UHGV virus genome: UHGV-0026213 | Reading direction: 5' to 3' (one strand) | DNA length: 64,000 nucleotides | DNA from: a virus | In this document: one piece after another, positions 30,146-38,748 of the stretch | Numbering within the stretch: the stretch's first letter is position 1 | Layout: every line of letters begins with the position of its first letter | Translations under genes and position numbers: made by a program | The notes under the pieces: model-generated | Told to the model about the DNA's origin: nothing | What the model saw: only the letters and a program-made list of their open reading frames with translations | Database searches by the model: none

Positions 30146-30354
30146 AAAGAGCTAATGGATACATCATCTCAGCGATTGTTTCAACCGTGCTGGTTGTGAC
30201 GATGCTGATGTTTTATGTTCGTGTGTCAGATGACTCGCGCAAAGAAAGTCTTTATCGTGAGTGTATGTCAGGAACGACCGTGGACAATCCACGTTACAGC
30301 GAATTGGTAATGGCGTGCACAGAACATGCTAAACTAATGGGAGATGGTCGATGA
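30127..30354 (+). CDS. small membrane protein
   Basis: Single hydrophobic helix (YIISAIVSTVLVVTMLMFYV); alternative start at ATG 30142; two Cys in the C-terminal part. Confidence 0.4.
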   Translation: MVFYTMKRANGYIISAIVSTVLVVTMLMFYVRVSDDSRKESLYRECMSGTTVDNPRYSELVMACTEHAKLMGDGR

Positions 30355-30548
30355 AGATTTGGTTACCGATTGTAGCTTTCATCCTTATCGCTGGGGCACT
30401 AGCAAGTGCCGAGTGCGACAATCGTGTTTTAGAAAAGAAAAGCGAATTGTATCAGGATTGTATAAAGGATTACACACCAGGTACAGAGCTTCATGCACAG
30501 GCTGTAAAAAGTTGTGCGCTGATGGCTGAATCGCAGACTCGTTCCTAA
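30351..30548 (+). CDS. small secreted or membrane-anchored protein
   Basis: MKIWLPIVAFILIAGALASA-EC signal-like N-terminus; C-terminal part resembles the preceding small protein (shared Cys spacing). Confidence 0.45.
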   Translation: MKIWLPIVAFILIAGALASAECDNRVLEKKSELYQDCIKDYTPGTELHAQAVKSCALMAESQTRS

Positions 30549-30922
30549 TGCGTATCTGGACGTTACAGCTCGCTAAGTGGCGGTTAGCTAAGCAGAAAGG
30601 GTTTCACGCAGTGGATATCACTGTGAAGTCAGGGCGAAAGGAACTCGCCCCCGACTGGGATTTCTTAATGGCGTATAAAAACTCTGCAAAGGATGCAGCT
30701 GCTGAACGCGAGTACACGATAAAGTATTTGTACAAACTCGAACGACTGTTAGATACAGACGCCGAAACTTTAGTGTCGTTACTTAGGCACGATGACTTGG
30801 TTTTGATGTGTTATTGTCCCGCAGGTAAGTTTTGCCATCGTCATCTACTGGCGAGCAAGCTTCAAGAGGTGGGATTGATGTTCGGTATCGACATTGTGTT
30901 GTGTGGAGAATTAACGGACTGA
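30548..30922 (+). CDS. DUF488-family protein
   Basis: LVLMCYCPAGKFCHRHLLA matches the DUF488 C...C......CHR signature. Confidence 0.5.
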   Translation: MRIWTLQLAKWRLAKQKGFHAVDITVKSGRKELAPDWDFLMAYKNSAKDAAAEREYTIKYLYKLERLLDTDAETLVSLLRHDDLVLMCYCPAGKFCHRHLLASKLQEVGLMFGIDIVLCGELTD

Positions 30923-30949
30923 TTTGATTTTTTAGCTGTAAAATGACTT

Positions 30950-30995
30950 CCTACCGCCCGATTCTATGGGCGGTAGGTGTTTTTATTTTTTTTTG
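30950..30995 (+). terminator. rho-independent terminator
   Basis: CCTACCGCCC-GATTCTAT-GGGCGGTAGG hairpin followed by TGTTTTTATTTTTTTTT. Confidence 0.85.
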
Positions 30996-31010
30996 ATCTG
31001 GGAGGTTTTA

Positions 31011-31571
31011 GTGACTACTTACGTACCTGATTTAAGTCTGGCCTCAGCCGAATTAGTGGTCGCTTTAATCAACCACGATAACGGTTCACGGTTGTCTCTA
31101 AACGAAATCCGTATTAGCAACACTATGGCAAACCCGTCCCCGACCACTTCGCGTCGTAACACACTGACAGAGATTACAAAAATCAGGAAACCTGATGGTG
31201 CTTCTGTGGTTGTTTATTACGACCGTTTGGATGCGGACGAAGTGTTAGCGTCTGAACCTATTTTGATTTCGTTAGACGGTACTGAAGACAACCTTCGTGA
31301 CATTTTAGGTGTTGTAAATGAATTCTGCGGAACGAACTTACAACCCGAAGATTTACGTGCTGCAGATATCACCTTAGGTAACGAACCCATTGCTGTTAAC
31401 GTTGCTGACGATTCTCCTGCGTGGATGAATGCGTTTATGGTGACGTTATTCGATACAACAGAACGAGCATTAGCAAACGAAGATGATGCGATCTTCTGTA
31501 TTGGTGATGATGCCGTTCTTACCTTTGAGGTTCCAGATGACGACACAGCTGAAGAAAACCCGGCTACATGA
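31011..31571 (+). CDS. fibre-associated protein, paralogue of the 37776-38291 gene
   Basis: GTG start 6 nt after GGGAGG; shares TPDLSL...ALIN.D, IYYNRL, CG.NLQ.EDL and VLTF motifs with the 37776 gene; each precedes a fibre gene. Confidence 0.55.
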   Translation: MTTYVPDLSLASAELVVALINHDNGSRLSLNEIRISNTMANPSPTTSRRNTLTEITKIRKPDGASVVVYYDRLDADEVLASEPILISLDGTEDNLRDILGVVNEFCGTNLQPEDLRAADITLGNEPIAVNVADDSPAWMNAFMVTLFDTTERALANEDDAIFCIGDDAVLTFEVPDDDTAEENPAT

Positions 31572-31773
31572 ACTTGACCGTTTTACCGGTAATGGAGGCC
31601 AAAGCAAACTTTTATCAAAACTTAACAATCCCAAATCATGAAGCGCGGAGTTGGGCATCACTTTCACGTTAGAAGATGATGGATTAAAACCAGTATAATA
31701 ATCCGCTTATAAAAATGTTGAGGGGTAAAACACTTCCTCAGATCTTTTAGCTCCCGATAGAGAATTAAATATC

Positions 31774-34700
31774 ATGGCTAAAGCGGTAAAGAAAATTCGT
31801 TTACACGATTTACGTCCATACACCGGGGATATCGGTGAAGGCGTTTTACTTTTTTCGAAAGACGAAAGGGATTATCAGTTACCTGTCCGCGAGATTGTTG
31901 CGGATATTGACACCGTCAGAAACGCGGTTGCTGACGCACAAACGGCGGCGGCCAAATCGCAACAGTCTGCAACAGAAGCCACACAAGCAAAAGACTTAGC
32001 AGAAACAGCGAAGCAACAAACTGACACGTTAGCTTCCACAGTTAGCGAGCAAGCGGGAACCGTTGCCACTAAAACTGCCGAGGTTAGCAAAAAACACGCT
32101 GAAGTTTTAGCCGCGAAAACGGCCGTAGATACTGTATTACAATCGGTAAATGAGAAAGCTCAAGCTGTCGCCACAAGCGAACAATCGGTGACGGCTGCAG
32201 CGGCTGATGTAACTAAGAAAGCAGAAACGGTTACGCAACAGGCCGGACAAGTTCAACAGACGGCTACCGGTGTCGAGAATACTGCGGCTTCAGTTGAGGC
32301 CAGTAAGGGCGCAGTGGAGAAGATTGCTGCACAGGTCGCGAAAGATAAAGAAAGTTCAGAAGGCGCAGCAACACGTTCGGAGTCAGCTGCCTTACGTGCG
32401 GAGAAAATCGCTGCGCAGGGCTTAATCGACGCCAGTACGACCGGTAAAGGTATCGTTAAACTTAACGATACACTGACTAGCGAATCCGTGACTGAGGCCG
32501 CCACACCGTCCACGGTTAAACAGCTGAATGACGAATTACAGTTAAAAGCCAATAAACATTCGCCGAATTTTACGGGTAAACCGTCATCCCCAACACCCCC
32601 GAAGGACTCGAACGACACGAGCATCTCCACAACGGCCTGGGTGCGTGACGCGATTGCGGAACTGGTTGGTTCTTCACCCGAGACGTTAAATACCTTAGCG
32701 GAATTAGCTGAGGCGTTAGGTAATGACCCTAACTTCGCAACAACGATTACTGGGGAACTTGCGCAGAAACAACCTCTCAGTCCGTTGCTCACCGCCATTG
32801 CCGCAGTCACCACAGCGGCAAATAAACTCATGTATTTCACTGGCAGTAATAAAGTCCGATTAACGGATTTTACAGAAACGGCTAGATCCTTGTTAGCGAA
32901 AGGGTCAACTGCGGATATCATCAATTTCTTGGGATTAAGAACCACCGTAGATAAAGCGAATGGTGCGCTACAGAAAAACTCTAACGGCGCTGATATCCCA
33001 GATAAAGAAACTTTTGCTCGAAACATCGGCCTATCTCCTGATACCTATCTGCGTTTCCGTGGCGAAATGCCTGTAGATGCTGATATTAACACATTTGCTC
33101 CAGATGCCAATTACACAGGAACGTGGGCTAAGTCGACATCAACCAATGCGTCGATGGCAAAACACTTCCCAGAAGACGGTGCGGTCGGTTATCTGGAAGT
33201 GTATAAAGCCGGTAATTACAGCGGTGCGCAACGTTTTACCTGTCGTAATGGTAACGTGTACAACCGTATGTTGTCAGGTGCGTGGAATGGTGCCAATGGA
33301 CCCTGGTCGCCGTGGAGAATGGTAACTACTGGTGTACGTCCGTTATCTACCTCTATAGACTTGAACTCTCTGGGTGGCGCTGAGCATATGGGTAACTGGC
33401 GAAACTCAAGCAGTTCGCTGGCTGTGTTTAGCAGACATTACCCTGAAGAAGGTGGTGGTGCGCAAGGCGTACTAGAAGTAATGGAAGGTGGTCTTTTCGG
33501 ACGGTTGCAGCGATACACTACGCGTCGTGGTACAATGTATGTTCGTGGTTTGACTGCAACGTGGGATTCATCAAACCCACAATGGGAAGATTGGATTCAG
33601 GTTGGTTATCAGACTGACGGTGCTTTCTTTAAAGCCAATTTTAACGATCTCGTTAAACCGGGACGTTTCAGTGTCACTGGTGAAGCAACTAATGGCCCAC
33701 TTACCGGTTCTTCTGGTGAAACCATATTAGGTGTTTGTGAAGTTACCTTACGCTTAGACGGTACAGGGGTCGAACAGAATTATACTACATACGGTACGGG
33801 TGTAGAAACTAAAGGTCGTAAATTCCAACGTATCCGTACGGGTAACGCTTGGAGCGATTGGCGTGAGGTTTTCACATCGTATTCGCTTCCGCTGGTATTA
33901 GGTATCGGCGGTGAACGTGCGAATGTTGATCCTTTAGACTGGCAAACCTATGACTTTAAACCAGGTGAGTTAATCTGTACGCCGCTTAACACCATGAAAA
34001 ACATTCCTGCGGGAATGGATTGGGGTGTTATTGACGGTAACTTAGTTAGCATTCTGGTTGGTCCATCAGATGGCGCATCCTCAGCCCGGAGTATGTTGGT
34101 TTGGCGTAGTACGGTGTCTACTGCCAACTATCGATTCTTTGCAGTACGTATCGCTGGTGAGAAAGGTAGTCGTACGATTACGCCACGACAGATGCCTGTA
34201 TTGAATGCAGCACACACCTGGGCAGAAAAACAGACCTTTGCAAAAGGGTTAGCAGGCGAGTTAACAGGCAATGCTTCAACCGCAACGAAATTAAAGACCG
34301 CACGTAGAATTGGTGGAGTCGCTTTCGACGGTAGTGGTGATATTAACCTCCCGGGTGTTAACCAACAAGGTAATCAAAACACCACGGGTAATGCCGGTAC
34401 AGCCACTAAACTTCAAACTGCCAGAAATATTAACGGTGTGAGATTCGATGGTTCTGCTGACATCAATATCAACACCTTGGTGGGTCGTGGTCGGGTTACT
34501 GCACTAACCGGTTCAAACAAAGGTACGCCTGGTATTCAGATGTACGAAGTTTACAATAACGGTTATCCGACCGCTTATGGTAACTTGCTGCATTTGGGCG
34601 GTTCTACTGCGCTAGGTGAAGGTGAACTGTTAATCGGTTGGTCGGGCACGAGTGGTGCGCACGCACCCGTTTATATTCGTAGTCGACGCGATACAGCGGA

Positions 34701-36375
34701 TGCGCCGTGGTCAGATTGGGCACAAGTTTATACTGCCCGTGATAGTATTCCTGGTGTAAATACCACCGGTAATCAAGATACTACTGGTAACGCTGCTACC
34801 GCGACGAAACTGAAAACTGCTCGCAGAATCGGGGGCGTTACCTTTGACGGTACTGGGGATATCAATTTACCGGGGGTTAACCAGCAAGGTAACCAGAATA
34901 CGACAGGTAATGCAGCAACCGCCACTAAGTTACAAACACCACGTAAGATCGGTGGTGTTAACTTTGACGGTTCGCAAGACATTAGTCTGCCCGGTGTGAA
35001 CCAAACCGGTAACCAATCGACTACGGGGAATGCTGCGACTGCGACTAAGCTCCAGACTGCGCGAAATATAGGTGGCGTAGCTTTTGATGGTACCAAAGAC
35101 ATCAACTTACCTGGCGTAAACCAAACGGGTAATCAGTCGACCACCGGAAACGCGGCCACGGCAACGAAGTTGCAAACTGCAAGGACCATCAACGGTGTTC
35201 CGTTTGATGGCACTAAAAACATCGAAATAACGGCTGAAAGTTTAAACCTTGGGCAAACTGTAGAATTGGCCGGTGGGTCATTGCAGAAGAAACAGAACGG
35301 TGCCGATATTCCAGATAAAAGGAAATTCTTACGAAATGTTGGTGCCCCGAACACAACAACCATATCTTTTAATGGTGGTGCCGGATGGTTCAAACTGGCA
35401 ACTGTAACGATGCCACAAGCCAGTTCCGTGGTTTACATAAGCCTGATTGGTGGTGCAGGGTTTAACGTTGGTTCCCCGCATCAAGCAGGTATCTCTGAGC
35501 TGGTTCTGCGTGCAGGAAATGGGAATCCAAAAGGTATTACTGGTGCGTTATGGCGACTGACCTCAGTCGGCTTCACTAATTTTGCATGGGTGAATACATC
35601 TGGTGACACTTACGATATTTATGTTGAAATAGGTAATTACGCCACCGGTGTTAATATTCAGTGGGACTACACTAGTAATGCCAACGTAACGATTCACACA
35701 TCGCCAAGTTATACGGCTAATAAACCCGCAGGACTAACAGACGGTACCGTCTATCTGATTTACAGCACACACAACAAACCTAACGCTGGTGACGTCGGTG
35801 CGTTACCGTCAGGGGGCGGTACTATAGGTGGCGATTTAACCGTTAACGGTAAATTGGTCACTAAGTACCCTGATTTTCGAATCGCTTACGGCAACTACGG
35901 CTTTATGTTACGTAACGATGGTGCCAATACCTATTTCTTAGTAACCGACGCCGGACAAGCTGCAACGGGTTCCTGGAACGGACTACGTCCGTTGTATTTT
36001 AATAACGCTAACGGCCAAGTAACCTTTGGTCATAACGTTACTGGCAGCGGTAACGGTTCGTTTAACGACGTACAGATTCGTTCTGACCGTCGTAACAAAC
36101 GTAATCTGGTGAAACTGGATAAAGCTTTGGATCGGTTAGAGTTACTAACCGGTTATTTGTACGAAATTCAGCATCCGGATGACGGTTGGCAAACCTCTGT
36201 AGGTCTAATTGCTCAAGACGCATTAGAAGCGTTACCTGAACTTGTGTCTGAGGATGATGATGCCATTTCAGGCGAAAAACGTTTACGTCTAAACTACAAT
36301 GGCGTTATTGCGCTGTTAGTAGAGGGTATGAAAGCGTTGCGTCAAGAGGTTAACGAAATTAAAGGAAGATCCTAA
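31774..36375 (+). CDS. long tail fibre protein with tandem fibre repeats and C-terminal intramolecular chaperone (peptidase S74-like) domain
   Basis: 1533 aa; Ala/Thr/Gln-rich N-terminal shaft; at least six copies of TTGNAATATKLQTAR.I.GV.FDG..DINLPGVNQ; C-terminus SDRRNKRNLVKLDKALDRLELLTGYLYE... resembles the auto-cleaving chaperone of endosialidase and T5 L-shaped fibre. Confidence 0.85.
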   Translation: MAKAVKKIRLHDLRPYTGDIGEGVLLFSKDERDYQLPVREIVADIDTVRNAVADAQTAAAKSQQSATEATQAKDLAETAKQQTDTLASTVSEQAGTVATKTAEVSKKHAEVLAAKTAVDTVLQSVNEKAQAVATSEQSVTAAAADVTKKAETVTQQAGQVQQTATGVENTAASVEASKGAVEKIAAQVAKDKESSEGAATRSESAALRAEKIAAQGLIDASTTGKGIVKLNDTLTSESVTEAATPSTVKQLNDELQLKANKHSPNFTGKPSSPTPPKDSNDTSISTTAWVRDAIAELVGSSPETLNTLAELAEALGNDPNFATTITGELAQKQPLSPLLTAIAAVTTAANKLMYFTGSNKVRLTDFTETARSLLAKGSTADIINFLGLRTTVDKANGALQKNSNGADIPDKETFARNIGLSPDTYLRFRGEMPVDADINTFAPDANYTGTWAKSTSTNASMAKHFPEDGAVGYLEVYKAGNYSGAQRFTCRNGNVYNRMLSGAWNGANGPWSPWRMVTTGVRPLSTSIDLNSLGGAEHMGNWRNSSSSLAVFSRHYPEEGGGAQGVLEVMEGGLFGRLQRYTTRRGTMYVRGLTATWDSSNPQWEDWIQVGYQTDGAFFKANFNDLVKPGRFSVTGEATNGPLTGSSGETILGVCEVTLRLDGTGVEQNYTTYGTGVETKGRKFQRIRTGNAWSDWREVFTSYSLPLVLGIGGERANVDPLDWQTYDFKPGELICTPLNTMKNIPAGMDWGVIDGNLVSILVGPSDGASSARSMLVWRSTVSTANYRFFAVRIAGEKGSRTITPRQMPVLNAAHTWAEKQTFAKGLAGELTGNASTATKLKTARRIGGVAFDGSGDINLPGVNQQGNQNTTGNAGTATKLQTARNINGVRFDGSADININTLVGRGRVTALTGSNKGTPGIQMYEVYNNGYPTAYGNLLHLGGSTALGEGELLIGWSGTSGAHAPVYIRSRRDTADAPWSDWAQVYTARDSIPGVNTTGNQDTTGNAATATKLKTARRIGGVTFDGTGDINLPGVNQQGNQNTTGNAATATKLQTPRKIGGVNFDGSQDISLPGVNQTGNQSTTGNAATATKLQTARNIGGVAFDGTKDINLPGVNQTGNQSTTGNAATATKLQTARTINGVPFDGTKNIEITAESLNLGQTVELAGGSLQKKQNGADIPDKRKFLRNVGAPNTTTISFNGGAGWFKLATVTMPQASSVVYISLIGGAGFNVGSPHQAGISELVLRAGNGNPKGITGALWRLTSVGFTNFAWVNTSGDTYDIYVEIGNYATGVNIQWDYTSNANVTIHTSPSYTANKPAGLTDGTVYLIYSTHNKPNAGDVGALPSGGGTIGGDLTVNGKLVTKYPDFRIAYGNYGFMLRNDGANTYFLVTDAGQAATGSWNGLRPLYFNNANGQVTFGHNVTGSGNGSFNDVQIRSDRRNKRNLVKLDKALDRLELLTGYLYEIQHPDDGWQTSVGLIAQDALEALPELVSEDDDAISGEKRLRLNYNGVIALLVEGMKALRQEVNEIKGRS
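34268..35235 (+). repeat. tandem ~33-codon tail-fibre repeats (Phage_fiber_2-like), codon-diversified
   Basis: Repeated NTTGNAATATKLQTAR...FDG..DINLPGVNQ units in two blocks; amino-acid identity is high but synonymous codons differ between copies. Confidence 0.75.
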
Positions 36376-37157
36376 TGGCAGTTGTCGGCGTAGGTGGTTG
36401 GATTGGTTCTTCAGCAAAAGCTGAAGCTGGTAACGAATGGATGTCTGGCGCGATGCGCACACTTGGTGTGCCGGTTCCAGGCTGGATGTCGCAATTGGCG
36501 GGAAAATCAAAAGAGGTCCATTATTCTATTGGTGCTAACCATAGCTATAATAAGGATACTCTTATTAACTATTTACGTTCTTTAGGCTCTACTGCTGTCG
36601 TTGTGACCATTACAGGGGATTTAGTGTCTTATAGTAGCGGGGTTCCTTGTTTAGAATTCCCTAGCAATCTTCCAAATTCGTATATTACACTCATCATCAA
36701 TCCTGGGGTTACAGTATACGGCAGAGGAGGCAACGGCGGTTCTAACTCACCAGGCGGTGCAGGTGGAACCGCAATACAGAACGGAATAGGAAACAGACTG
36801 CGTATAACCAACCGTGGCGCTATTGCCGGAGGCGGTGGCGGCGGTGGCGGCGGTAACAGGGGTAGACTAATATTTGGTGGTGGCGGTGGTCGCCCATTCG
36901 GTGCTGGTGGGTCTTCCTCTCATATGAGTTCCGGTGCGGCTGCTGGTACTATTTCCGCTCCTGGTAAAGGATCTGTTGGTGAGGGGTCTCTTAGTGCATA
37001 TACAGGCGGTTCGGGTGGTAATGTCGGTGCTGCTGGAGGAAGATGTAATACTCATGGTAACGGTACAGAATATAACGGCGGAGCAGCTGGTGCAGCTGTT
37101 ACTGGTAATGCGCCAAGATGGGACGCAGTAGGTGCAATATACGGTTCACGTGTTTAA
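36375..37157 (+). CDS. glycine-rich protein, possible receptor-binding adhesin (T-even gp38-like)
   Basis: 260 aa with poly-Gly tracts (GGGGGGGGGNRG, FGGGGGRPFGAGG); start overlaps the fibre stop; N-terminus conserved with the next gene. Confidence 0.5.
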   Translation: MAVVGVGGWIGSSAKAEAGNEWMSGAMRTLGVPVPGWMSQLAGKSKEVHYSIGANHSYNKDTLINYLRSLGSTAVVVTITGDLVSYSSGVPCLEFPSNLPNSYITLIINPGVTVYGRGGNGGSNSPGGAGGTAIQNGIGNRLRITNRGAIAGGGGGGGGGNRGRLIFGGGGGRPFGAGGSSSHMSSGAAAGTISAPGKGSVGEGSLSAYTGGSGGNVGAAGGRCNTHGNGTEYNGGAAGAAVTGNAPRWDAVGAIYGSRV

Positions 37158-37173
37158 TTAAAAAAGAGGGTAG

Positions 37174-37677
37174 ATGGGGGTAGCGTCAGGATGGGTCGGT
37201 TCTTCGGCCAAGAACGAAACGGGCGAACAATGGATGAGCGCTGCGGGTAGTAAATTAGGATTGGGTAGACCTTTTATGATGAGCCAAATGGTGGGACGAT
37301 CTATGGGCTGTAAAATTGCAACTGCTGCATATAGCGATTCTTTAGGTAAGAAATGGGGAGCAGTAGGGCCAAGTTGGCCGTTAAACCAGAAAAATCAGGG
37401 GACCATTCAAAACGCGGGTAACTGCGGGGTGGGAACTTTAGTAGGTATTGAGTTACAGTTAACGACGATAGTTGCCAACGCAAAGCCTACTTTAGCGGTT
37501 TACTTACAAGGAGGCAGAGCCTCTAACATTACCGTAAATTTAGGTGGCAACACCTGCGCGCTGACCTATCAGCAGGTTATTAACGGACAGCATTATTACT
37601 GGACTAATAACATCAGCGCTGCGTTCCAAAACGTGATGAAATCGACAGGCGCACTACGTGATTTGAGAATTAGCTAA
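37174..37677 (+). CDS. paralogue of the Gly-rich adhesin-like protein
   Basis: N-terminus MGVASGWVGSSAKNETGEQWMSAAG parallels MAVVGVGGWIGSSAKAEAGNEWMSGAM of the preceding gene. Confidence 0.5.
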   Translation: MGVASGWVGSSAKNETGEQWMSAAGSKLGLGRPFMMSQMVGRSMGCKIATAAYSDSLGKKWGAVGPSWPLNQKNQGTIQNAGNCGVGTLVGIELQLTTIVANAKPTLAVYLQGGRASNITVNLGGNTCALTYQQVINGQHYYWTNNISAAFQNVMKSTGALRDLRIS

Positions 37678-37711
37678 TTATTTTCAAGTCATAGTGCTTG
37701 AAAACATAATC

Positions 37712-37721
37712 GGGGGGGGGG
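37712..37721. repeat. homopolymeric G10 tract (intergenic)
   Basis: Ten consecutive G, 55 nt upstream of the ATG at 37776, between TTGAAA (37698-37703) and a TGAAAT -10-like hexamer. Confidence 0.9.
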
Positions 37722-37775
37722 TGAAATGCTTTAGCCAACATTTTATGACTCCCCTAACCGTTGGAGGTAAACTTT

Positions 37776-38291
37776 ATGGGGCAATTCACACCAGATTTAT
37801 CATTAACTTCAACTAACATGGTTATATCGCTGATCAACTACGACCTTCAGCTCGATCTGCAAGAAAACGAGGTTGAGTTCAGCAACGTAAATCCTACTGA
37901 AGAAATGAATCGTGATACCACTGCCGTTGTAAAGATTAAGCGTCCTGGAAACAGAACGTTGCAGATCTATTACAACCGTTTAACCGCAGAGCGGTGGTTA
38001 AACCAGCAACCTATTCTGGTAAAAGTAATCGGGGAAGGGTTTACCACACACGATTTAATCGAAGCGATTAACGCAGCTTGTGGCAGTAACTTACAAGCTG
38101 AAGATCTAACAGATAATTCATTTACTGTAGGAAAAGACGCGGTAACGTTGCAGGTATCGCCTAGTTCACTAGGTTATAAAGGTCAATTCTCTGTTCTGGT
38201 TTTCGGTAACGGTGAAGAAGCCGCAGTAACAAAAGACGACGATTTAATCGTTACCGCAGATAATCGTGTATTAACTTTCGGAGATCATTAA
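37776..38291 (+). CDS. fibre-associated protein, paralogue of the 31011-31571 gene
   Basis: ATG after GGAGG; conserved motifs with the 31011 gene; precedes the second fibre/tailspike gene. Confidence 0.55.
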   Translation: MGQFTPDLSLTSTNMVISLINYDLQLDLQENEVEFSNVNPTEEMNRDTTAVVKIKRPGNRTLQIYYNRLTAERWLNQQPILVKVIGEGFTTHDLIEAINAACGSNLQAEDLTDNSFTVGKDAVTLQVSPSSLGYKGQFSVLVFGNGEEAAVTKDDDLIVTADNRVLTFGDH

Positions 38292-38305
38292 TGGCTAAAA
38301 CTTAA

Positions 38306-38575
38306 GTGGCGTTGGTATTTTTTACATCGATAACAATCTATCCGCAAATACTCTACTTATCTGAAAGTAACGAATTACTGGACGTTAAATATTACGTTGC
38401 GGATGCTTCCACAAAAGCATCGGTGGTAATGTTGACTATCTTGGTAACAATGTCTAAAGTCCATGGTGTTACTATTGATATCAACAATCTCGATGAAGTC
38501 CCTATTACGGAAGAACAAACCCCGGTTAAATTTATCGTTGGTACTGCCTTATCACAGAACGGCATGTCGCGCTAA
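38306..38575 (+). CDS. small hypothetical ORF
   Basis: 89-aa ORF from a GTG start with no clear RBS; may be shorter or spurious. Confidence 0.3.
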   Translation: MALVFFTSITIYPQILYLSESNELLDVKYYVADASTKASVVMLTILVTMSKVHGVTIDINNLDEVPITEEQTPVKFIVGTALSQNGMSR

Positions 38576-38610
38576 CCGGAAGAGCATTGGTTTAAAAATT
38601 GGAGGTTACA

Positions 38611-38748
38611 ATGGTTCAACCAATTGGAAAGAAACGTATCCATGAACTCGACAATTTCTCTGGCGATCTCAAAGGTGCGGTAGTTCTCCTTTCTAAGGAA
38701 GAAAAAGAATATAAAATTGATATTGCAGAACTTCAAGGGGGGGGGTGA
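38611..38748 (+). CDS. N-terminal virion-anchor segment of the tailspike, in a different frame from the esterase body
   Basis: ATG 5 nt after GGAGG; encodes MVQPIGKKRIHELDNFSGDLKGAVVLLSKEEKEYKIDIAELQGGG, homologous to the first 45 aa of the 31774 fibre; frame ends at TGA just after the G9 tract. Confidence 0.5.
   Translation: MVQPIGKKRIHELDNFSGDLKGAVVLLSKEEKEYKIDIAELQGGG
38737..38745. repeat. homopolymeric G9 tract at the tailspike frame junction
   Basis: Nine consecutive G; one extra G would fuse the upstream anchor frame to the esterase frame. Confidence 0.9.

Noticed and set aside
32253-33026. 257-aa minus-strand ORF inside the long tail fibre gene
   Set aside because: Antisense shadow of the Ala/Thr-rich fibre shaft; low-complexity product, no RBS, entirely inside a strongly supported plus-strand gene.
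34773-35393. Minus-strand ORFs of 110 and 86 aa over the fibre repeat region
   Set aside because: Artefacts of the repetitive fibre-repeat coding sequence read on the opposite strand.
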